DNA from: Lama guanicoe
Taxonomy: Eukaryota
Assembly (NCBI GenBank): GCA_013239625.1
Contig: MU054187.1
Span: 20,649,280-20,713,279, forward strand
Direction: 5' to 3'
Length of the DNA: 64,000 nt
The position numbers were made by a program, and so were the translations under genes. This document shows positions 54,719 to 64,000 of the stretch, piece after piece (the stretch's first letter is position 1; each line of letters starts with the position of its first letter). The notes below the pieces were generated by a model that had not been told where the DNA came from, made no database searches, and was given only the letters and a program-made list of their open reading frames with translations.

Positions 54719-57544
54719 GTAGTGATACGTATGTGTGTGTGAGAATGTACAACTAAGGTCAACATATATTTAAATATAAATGTAAATATCACTGCAGGAT
54801 CAAATAAAAATAACCATAATATCTCACAAAAGTCAAAGAGGGAATTGCATTTTGGACAATGTATTTTTAGGGTTCATACTTTCATATGATAGAAGCCACA
54901 CTTTCGGGTTTAAACAAAAAGAGGATTTTTTAAGTATGTGATGCTTTATATATTACATATAAAAATATACAGCCTACAGGGTCAAAGAACTGGGCTGAAA
55001 TAGTATCAGAAAACACCCAGCAGTGGCAGGTCAGGTTAACGAGGGTGAGATGAAGATTAGTAGGTAGTAAATTAATTGGGGAGGGAGTTTAGGATTAATA
55101 TGTATGTAGAGCTTAATACGTATGGTTTGAGCAGAGGAAGAAGTTGGGTGGTGATATATCACAACAACTTCAGATATTTCCATCAGGAGCTATAAAGCTA
55201 GGATGGTCCTTCACAAGTAGCATGACCTTATCAACCCTACTTTGAGCAGCTGTTACATGCAGGTTGCCCCTGGAAAGGGCTGTGATGCTGGGGAAGTGGC
55301 TTTCCTCAGGTGACAGATGGCAGTTACTGGAGAGATGTCTGCTGACAGCACCCAATATCTGGAAGCCCTACAGGGATTTCTAGATAGCACTGCCTAGAAT
55401 ACACCACAGCACCCATTATAGTGGAACATTCTTATGAAATACCACAGCCACTGCTGGCCAATACCTGGCCCTATAACATTAGAGGTCAAATGCTACAAAC
55501 TCCACCACCGCTCCCCCTAAAGTTCTTAATAGCTCTGTCACAAATGCTTAAAAGGATTACCAATGACTCCGTGCACTATTACCCCTTCACATTTTTCCCT
55601 TCCAACTCCAAGTTTCTCACAGGAGCATCAACCTCGTGAAAATTAAGTCATAGGCAAGTCTTAAATTGTATTGGAATTTTCAGAAACTGTGGTAGAAGAA
55701 CTCGACCTAGGATAACATCGCAATAAGTACTACATTTGAGTACGTACACATTTGTAGTTTTGACTATTCAAAAGCCATGTATATCCCCATTTAGCTGTCT
55801 GTATAATGGCTATCTGATCTTACTAAACATAATGCAACTATTGCTCATAAAAATAGAAATTCAATAGTACTCAACTCTCCTCAAAAAAGGTGATCCAAGA
55901 CTCATTATTACCACAACTTTTTCCAACAGATATTTCTCTTCTAAGTTTTAGTCAAAATCATTTCATTTATAGGTTCTGGAATTTTTTGATCAAGGCATAA
56001 AGTCAACGACATCTGTAGTATATTTTTAAAAAGTCTTATTCCAATTTTCTAGAAACTGCAAATTTCTGTATATTTTTCAGACAGGCACTTGGCAGTGGCA
56101 TTAAGGTCAGAGTGAGGAGTGATGCTCTGTGTTAGGTCTATGCAACCCCTGTTCCTTCTATCATAACCACTCAGTTTATGAGGAAACAGTTTTTGTCGAC
56201 AGCCACAGAGCATGTCACCTTGCCTACCTGACTTCAAATACCTTCTTTGCCAAGATTTTTCTTCTTGGTAAAACATCCCAACATTCTATGTCCCTTTTGA
56301 GCGGGGATCCATATACCTTTTGACCAAATCTCCTTACTCATCCTCCAAGTGTTTTCCTTCCAAATCCCTGGTAATCTGTCAAAACCATTAGTCACCACCC
56401 TGAGTCAGTCTGTATCTTTACCATAGACATCCTCTCCTTCCAGTCACTATTGAAATTTTTCATGCAGTCAGATGTTTTCCCTCCAGGAAAGATTTGTTTT
56501 CCCTATTTTTTCTGAGGGCCCCTGTGTTTGCCACTAAAGAACTACATATTTACCTTTCTACTGCTGCTAACTTATCAAGCAGAATCATCAGTAAACCAAA
56601 GTCACTTAAACCTCATTTGGGAGGTCATAAGGACTTTTTCATAAAATTCACTGTAAACATGAATTGTATGAGAAGTGGCTGTAAAATTGACATATTAACA
56701 GTTTAGTTTTCAGGAGGTTTTCAAATGTAGTCTTGATACATAATTCCATGTGACCATGAAGAATGACCTAACACACTTGATTATGGTTTGGCGGACCAGA
56801 GAACCTTGGGCCAATATTGCTGTTGGATAACCTGGGGTCGGTTTAGAGTTTCTACATGAACACAATTGCAAACCAGGAATTGCCTCTAGCTTGAAAATGA
56901 TTAATTGCTCAATACAACATGGCATTGCTAAAACAGAAACAAATAACAGCAATAAAAACAAAAAAATCCTGAATTCCTTTCCTGTGATTAATCTAAATTC
57001 GCCTCGGAGGGCATAGGTTACAATTTTGTCACACTCACTAAGTTTTAACAGTGGATCCTCTGGATGAAGTACCATTGATGCTTACGCTTCAGTCTTGGTC
57101 AGCTTGAAGTTGCTGTAACTTACAGCTTACAGTTCACACAGGAAATGCAACAGGTCGAGTTTGGTATAGTCGGCTCAAAAATGAAAAAGGAATCACCCAA
57201 AATTTAGCTTCTTTCAAATTGAAGACAATACAACATACAGAGAATGTAATTTGGTAGGACACTCAGAAAGTAATTGAGACAGCAAGAGCCTGAATTTTCA
57301 TTTGGCTTATCTCCAATTCCCAAGCACAAAAGTAATTTAACATGGAATCTAAAGTACCTGTGACTTCCTATCCACCTGGACATATCATCTTAAATAACTG
57401 ATACACGAAACTAATGGGATGCCCTATGGGAGGTTAAAGTGACCAAAATGCCTATGAACACAATTATCATGAATCTAGGTAACTGATACAAACCTGAGTC
57501 AATATTGTAAAGGCTGTAAAGAGAAAACCACAGGTCCAAAATCG

Positions 57545-57835
57545 CATCACTCGCACCAAATCCCATTGTATCAAACCTAGATTTAATGCACATTCCATTT
57601 TCTCCAGGAACAAAATCTTAATCAGCCAGTTTGGAATCTTCTGGTCAGCACCAGTGAGGCAATCTGTCATGGGAGCCCTGCCTACCCCTCCAAGGAAGAA
57701 GACATAATGGGCAGGACAGACAGACCCTTGCCCTTCCCTGAAAGAAGGTAACCTGGCTTGAAACAGTTCTTTCTTTTCTTTTGCTAAAATTTTTCTTGCT
57801 CTACCCTGCTTCTAAAAATCCCTCCGTTTTGTATA
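57545..57835 (+). mobile_element. ERV1 LTR fragment (MER34-like)
   Basis: ttctttcttttcttttgcta...taaaaatccctccgttttgta resembles the recalled MER34 U3/R region. Confidence 0.45.
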
Positions 57836-57907
57836 TCAACATTGAATATAATGCAGATAAATAACTTTTATTCTATCTGGATTTAGTAGTCAAATTCATG
57901 TCATCTC

Positions 57908-58400
57908 TGTTGCAGAATTTGTCAGCAAAAAAAAAAAAAGAAGAAGAAGAAGAAATAAAATAAAATAAAATAAAAGCAAGAATCTCTGGGGTTAGAATGT
58001 AACCTTTTACACCCTCATCAGAATGTAACTTGTTGATTATGCCTTCATTACAATAAAATGAGCCTTGCAGATAAGAAGCACCCATCATGCACCAACGCCA
58101 TGACACTTCCAATCAAGGCTAAATAAGGACAAAAATCCCTCCTCCCCTCAGGAACGTGGGGCTGGGATGAAAATCAGGAAATACAACCCCAAACCCCTCC
58201 CTCTCCAATGAATATTCCATCCATTCATTTTTACACACCATATAACCAGTTTGCCAAAGAAACTCAGAACAGCTATTCACCTGAGTCTGCCTACTCCCTA
58301 CTTGAGAGCATCCTATCACTTGATAAATCCTAAATTTACTTTCTTGACCTCCTTGTTTCATCTCTTTCTGTGTGAGACAAGAAACTACTCTCCAATAACA
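57908..58400 (+). mobile_element. ERV-type solo LTR with an expanded internal A-rich tract
   Basis: TGTTG...TAACA termini; 4-bp flanks TCTC and TTTC; TATA-like catataacc and gataaa poly-A-like signal. Confidence 0.6.
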
Positions 58401-58904
58401 TTTCCAGTCAGCAGAAAGAAAAACAAAGGGATTCGGCTACAGCGCATTTGCTTTTTCTTTTTAAGAAAATAAAGTGGAAGTTGAACGTACACTAATGCTT
58501 ATATTCCATGAGTAAGAACTTAGTCATATAAGCACAAATAAGATTAAGTAATGTGGTTTTTCCAGGAAATCAAGTGTCCATGAAGGAGAAGACACATTGA
58601 GGTGAGGACTTGAATAACAAAAGGCTTCACCCTCGTTTCCATTTGTCTGCTGTTCTTCACACAAACTGAAGGATAACCTGCTGGAACCCACTTTACTTCC
58701 ACGGTCCTCATGAGTACCTAGTGATAAAGATTTCAGATAGTATATTCTATATTTTGTAATAGCTTAATAGAGAAAGGGAGTCTAAGAATGCTAAATGTCT
58801 TGGATTTTATATTCAATTACCAATTTTAGTTTGGTCTTATTGGTAGAAACAATTGAAGAAATGGTGAAGTTTGATAATTCAGGCTAGGTCTATTGTTTTT
58901 TTAA

Positions 58905-59010
58905 TCTCTATTTTATTTATTTCCTCCCTGATCTTTATTATTTCCTTCCTTCTGCTGCCTTTTGGGGTTTTTTGCTCTTCTTTTTCTAATTCTTTTAGCT
59001 GGTGGGTTAA
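58905..59010 (-). mobile_element. Short L1 ORF2 fragment
   Basis: antisense reads ...ctaaaagaattagaaaaagaagagcaaaaaacccc...gaaggaaataataaagatcagg (LKELEKEEQ...RRKEIIKIR-type motif). Confidence 0.75.
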
Positions 59011-59019
59011 AGGCATGTG

Positions 59020-59318
59020 CATCCTGTCTTTCTGAGTGAAGACAAGAGCATGTCATGGGACACTTTAGGTGAGAATTAACGAGTACCACACAAGTGACCC
59101 ATCTTGGAGGCAGACCTTGCAAACTATGCTAAGCCTCCACATAACTGTAATCCTGGTTGCATCTAAGTATCATGAGACACCTCAAGTGAGAACCACCCAG
59201 CCAAGCTGCTTCTGAATTTCTGATCCACAGAAACTATGAGACAAATAATAATTGCTTATTATTTTAGGCCACTGAGTTTTTAAACAATTATCTACACAGA
59301 AATAGTTAACTAATGCAA
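59020..59318 (+). mobile_element. MLT1 LTR 3' part
   Basis: gagaaccacccagccaagctgcttctgaatttctgatccacagaaactatgaga...ttttaggccactgag...gttaactaatgca. Confidence 0.75.
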
Positions 59319-59862
59319 TTTCCAACATATGAACAGCATGGCTCTTTGTACGTCAGTTGTCATGGTCTTTCCACTGAATGCTCCTCTTTTTGCATTCATT
59401 CTTCTGTGTAGGAATTAGCCAGAGAGTTTTCCTTATAGATTAGATTTGGGCCACCTGCAACAGAAAATGGACTGGAGTGCACTGTGTTTCTTTCCAAGAA
59501 GGCTACCTAAAGAGCTTAGGGAATGCAGAGTCTGAGAAAGAAACTGTAACCAATGAGTTGAAGGAAAGAGCATCATTTGCAGCAAGAAAATGTCAATGAG
59601 ATACCACCCAAAATGTGCGTACATAGGTTATCCAAGGACCCTCTGAAAACACCTGTTAGAGAATAAGCGTTAACCATCTGCCCAGCTCTAAAAGTGTGAT
59701 GCTGGCTCACATTACTAATTGTAAATATTTCTACTCATCTTACCCCCAGTCTGCCAGTCAAAACTTGGCAGTGGGTGTGGACACGAAACAACTGTTAGCA
59801 AGGTGCCCGAGTAGGAGAAGCAGCCAATGGTTCTTTTTCCTTTATTACAGACTTCTCCACTG

Positions 59863-60289
59863 TGTGGATTAAAAATGTTGCCTGCCATATCAGTAAACAA
59901 AGGACTTTGCAATCATCAAGCCAGCAGCCTCCACCCACCCCCATCCCCACCCCCACCCCTGACTGTGCACCCTGAGGGGATTCTCAGCACAGTAAAGCAG
60001 GATACTGGCCCTAGGTAGTTCAAGTGCATATTGAAGGAATGATTTCAATGAGCCCAGGCTCTTGTATCTTTCTATACATAGAAAATCACTAAGCTTGTCA
60101 ACTTGAGATGTCTGGTTTTTTTTTAATTAACAGTAAACTTTTGATGCTCCAACTACCTTTTTTTTGTTGCAAAACTCCTATATGTGAGTTATCTAAGAGG
60201 CTGTCTTCCAGGCTGAAGTCTTCAGTTTTGTCTGCCAAATAAAGCATAATTCTCAACTTTTAAGTTGTGTATTTTTTTGTCAATTGACA
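59863..60289 (+). mobile_element. ERV1-class solo LTR
   Basis: TGTGG...TGACA termini, perfect 4-bp TSD ACTG (59859-59862 and 60290-60293), ctatat TATA-like box at ~60178, aataaa at ~60238. Confidence 0.85.
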
Positions 60290-62433
60290 ACTGCATGCAT
60301 CTAAACAGAGGGAGAGGGTGGGGAGGTACTTTGACTTTGAATCAAGTTCAAACTTTGAGTCTGACATGGCATTAAAGATTCTAATAACTAAATAAATGTA
60401 GTTTGCATTACAAAATGTGTGACAATATAAGTCATAAGAATAGGGCTCTCTACATTTCATCCAACAGCAGTGGAAAAATTAGCTCCCTTGTATCTCTGTA
60501 GAGGAAGAATGGGAAGCCAAAGTAAAATGGCTTTATGATTAAAACCCTGAAGTCATATATTTCAGTGTACTATTTTATTGGAAAATGTCTGTAATTCTAC
60601 AAAGATCAAAAATAGACAATTTGACTGATGCAACTCCTTCTTTAAAACATGCATGCTAAAATAATCATTTTTGCTTTAAATATAACTAAATTGAAGTAAC
60701 ATATTTTATCAAACTAAATAGCTATTTTCCTTCTCTATTTTATTTTGTGAAGCTACACACAATATAAGGGAAGGGTGTTTTTCCTTCTCTTCTCAATGTA
60801 ATTAGTTGGTGGAGTTTGATAACTGAACATAAAAAGCTCCATAAAAATTTTCCAGGCACATTCCACCCTGCTGTATTTCTTCACAGTTTTCAGTCACATT
60901 CGGAGGGGCATAAATAGATGTATTACCTTATTTACATAATGGAGCCATGAAATCAGCATAGCTATTGCACAGGCTATCATGTCAGTGAGAGCTTTAGAGA
61001 CACGTCAGGTTTAAGAAGAGATTTCAATGTGCATTCAAATCAGTCTGCTGTGTGTGTATATATATATATATTTTTCTTAATTTCAAACAAGAATCTAGAA
61101 ATGGTTGAACTAAATTGATTCCTAGCACAAACATGTTTAAATTGATAGGATAGCAAGAAATATATATCATACAATATATTTATTTTAATTTTTACTTTGT
61201 TTTGAAAACCAGTATGGTAAAGATTTTGATATTAATCTAGTAGGATGTAACATCCCTCAGTACATTAAATTTCCCATTTCCATATTTCTGTTTTTACTAG
61301 AAAATGCTACAATTTCATAACAAAGTTTAAAAAATGAATATGTTAAGAAAAAGAGAATCCATAAATAATCTGTGTTAGAATACACATTTTAACAACTTTT
61401 TAATATCATCCCACATTCAGGGGAAAAAGGTGATTTTATTTATAGTTCAAGCAGTTTAGTTTTATAGAATCATACTTTAATAGTAAAACAGTTCATTTCT
61501 TCAATAGATTAGAGAGTTTTCTTTCGGCTTTTCTAAAACTAACATTAAAAAAAAGGAGAACTCAGCATTAGCAAATAGCTGTGTTTTCACATTTATTTCT
61601 AAAAGGACCAGGGTAACTTTCAATACTGCATATGCACTGTAGTTCATGATAATCATTTACCTAAGAGCTATTCCAAAAAAAATTACAAACTAATAGAGAA
61701 TCACAGAATGACAGAGATGGAAGTCCCTTTAAACCTCATTAAACCCAACCCTTCACTTTAGATGAAGGGAGATAAGCTCTAGAGAGGAAACAGATCCTTT
61801 AATGGTAAAAGATAACTGATTTGACTGACAGCATTTATTAAACAGAGATCCAATTCTCATAATTATGAATTATGAAGCCAATATCTGCTTTAATTCATGT
61901 AATTTTTACTTGCCCTTCCAGGTGGTGACTATGTTTCATGATCCAATAAGAACAAAGCATTCTTTTGTATTTTTCTCTCTTATTTGTCTCTAAAAGAAAA
62001 TTAGGGAGAAATAACATGTTGTCAGCCTAGAATTCCTGTCTTGATAATCTTTATTTTCACTCAAATGGGAGCAATGTTGATCTCGACCACTAACATAATT
62101 AGCCACAAGGTGCTCCCAGTAAATTTGAATTATCCTTCCATAATGTTGAGCAGAACCTATTAAACTGACAGTTGACTCTCCATCTCCAGCTTCTAATGAT
62201 TTTAGCACAATCCTTTCTTAGTATAACTCTTTAATTTTAAGATTAAACTCATTTTAAACAATAAAGCTTGACCTATAACATAAGATGCAAACAAGCAAAT
62301 GCAATCATAATTTTCTTGATTATAATCAAATTTAAATAAAATTTATCTAAATTCTTTTATGTCTAGTTAGAGAGGTATTGCAAAGTCATTTTATTTTATG
62401 TGTCAGAATGAAGTAAAGTTGAATTAGTCCAGA

Positions 62434-62600
62434 TTCTTTTTTTAAAATTTTTTTAAAGTTTTATTCATGTATTTATGTATTTATTTATTTGCAGGGGGTG
62501 GTAATTAGGTTTTTTCAATTTTGGAAGAGGTACTGAGGATTGAACCCATGACCTTGTGTGTGCTAGGCATGCTCTCTACCACCTGAGCTATACCCTCCCC
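62434..62600 (-). mobile_element. tRNA-derived SINE (vic-1-like)
   Basis: antisense A and B boxes; TSD tgaattagtccaga at 62420-62433 and 62601-62614. Confidence 0.9.
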
Positions 62601-62897
62601 TGAATTAGTCCAGAATCTAACTCATACTTTTGAGGAATTGAAAATTTGGAGATTTTACTAAACTAGGAAGGAAAGATCACTGCATCATCAACTTTAACAG
62701 CACAAACCCTTCAGGTCTCAGTTAAAATATGTAACATGAAGATACATAATAATTCTCACCTCATGAAATTGCTTAAAAGAATAAGAGAACTTATCTAAAT
62801 ATGTCTAGCTCCATTAGTGACAATTTGTGTCATTCAAAAAATTTTCCCAATTTCTTTCTTCATTAATAATTTTATTAAGAGGGAATAGCATAATAAG

Positions 62898-63047
62898 GTG
62901 GGGGAAGGATATAGCTCAGTGATAGAGTGTGTGCTTAGCATGCATGAGGTCCTGGGTTCAATCCTCAGTACCTCAATTAAAATAAACAAATAAGGAAATA
63001 CATATCCTAATTACCTGCCACCACTCCAAAAATTAAAGAATTAAAAA
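62898..63047 (+). mobile_element. tRNA-derived SINE (vic-1-like)
   Basis: ggatatagctcagtgatagagtgtgtgcttagcatgcatgaggtcctgggttcaatcctcagtacctc plus an A-rich tail. Confidence 0.88.
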
Positions 63048-63454
63048 GTTTTTTCTAATTTTGTTTTTCATCTTTGGGATTTTTATTTTTTTAGTTGTTA
63101 GTTTATAAATGAGTTTTATATGTATGTGTGTACTTTTAGTTTAAAATTATCAATTACATTTACAGTAATTGATATATTTTCATTAAATAAATGATTTAAT
63201 AAGATTTTTCAATATATTTATTCCATGTAAAATGAAATGTTTTTAACAAGGCAAGTCATTGTAAATTATAGAATTAAATTATTTGTTCAATTACTTATGT
63301 TTGATAAATTCATATCTTAATGTAATCTGAGGATTGGTAAATTAAAGCAAATTATATTAAACCAGATACAGCAATACTCAACATATAAATAATTTATGTC
63401 ACTATGAATATTCATCATATCACTGTAGACAATAGAGGTTAGAATCTCAAACAT

Positions 63455-64000
63455 ATGACTTTAAATGACTTACTTAGAAATTCACAACCTACCAAGACTA
63501 AATCAAGAAGAAACTTAGTTTGAACAGTCCAGTAGCAAATAAGGAGATTGCATTAATAATTAAAAACTTCCCAATAAAGGGACTAGATGGCCTCACAGAT
63601 GAGTTCTACCAAACTTTTAAAGATTAATTAATACCAATTCTTCTTTAATCTTCAAAAAAAAAAAAAAAAAGATGAAAGAATACTTCCAAACTCATGAGGC
63701 CAGCATTACTCTCATACCAAAGCCAGACTAGGACACCATAATTAAATTACAGAACAATATCTCTGATGAACATAGACACAAAAATCCTCAACAAAATATT
63801 AGCAAACTGAATTCAATAGCATATTAAAAGGATTATACACCAGAAATGAATGGCCTCATTTTTGCCATGCAAGGATGGCTCAACACACAAATAAATGTGA
63901 TACCACACATTAGCAGAGAGAAGGACAGAAAAGTACATGATCATCTCATTAGATGCAGAAAAAGCATTAGAGAAAACTCAACAGCATTTTAAGATTAAAA
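63455..64000 (+). mobile_element. Degenerate L1 ORF2 fragment (start of the reverse-transcriptase domain), running off the window
   Basis: caacctaccaagactaaatcaagaagaa, gatgagttctaccaaac, tgaggccagcattactctcataccaaagccagac, gatcatctcattagatgcagaaaaagcatt. Confidence 0.9.

Noticed and set aside
57840..57965. Poly-A-tailed orphan retrocopy
   Set aside because: No poly-A signal or TSD found; the A-rich run is better explained as an expansion inside the LTR starting at 57908
61900..61960. Acceptor-like sites (cccttccag at 61921, ttttccag at ~53433, ttttcccag at ~21866) as downstream exons
   Set aside because: Each hits a stop within a few codons in the phase required by the 18349 donor, with no convincing donor downstream

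Overview
AT-rich, CpG-depleted mammalian genomic DNA with one 180-N assembly gap (6568-6747). Five copies of a tRNA-derived SINE that looks like the camelid vic-1 family suggest a camelid genome (alpaca, llama or camel). I see no intact multi-exon protein-coding gene; the window reads as intergenic or deep-intronic and is dominated by L1 fragments, MLT1 and ERV1 solo LTRs, Tigger/MER DNA-transposon fossils, MIR remnants and microsatellites. The standout region is 24.0-27.0 kb. There, an intronless, strongly diverged and internally deleted cTAGE5/MIA2-like retrocopy (ATG 24757, two frameshifts, stop 25384), bounded by a 21-bp target-site duplication, has inserted into the left arm of a long inverted repeat (arms ~320-350 bp, ~200-bp spacer). 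The intact right arm preserves the pre-insertion sequence. The retrocopy's structure implies an unseen parent 'mini-cTAGE' gene of about 208 aa (transmembrane segment plus first coiled coil). Repeat family names and protein similarities are from recall of consensus sequences, not from a database search.
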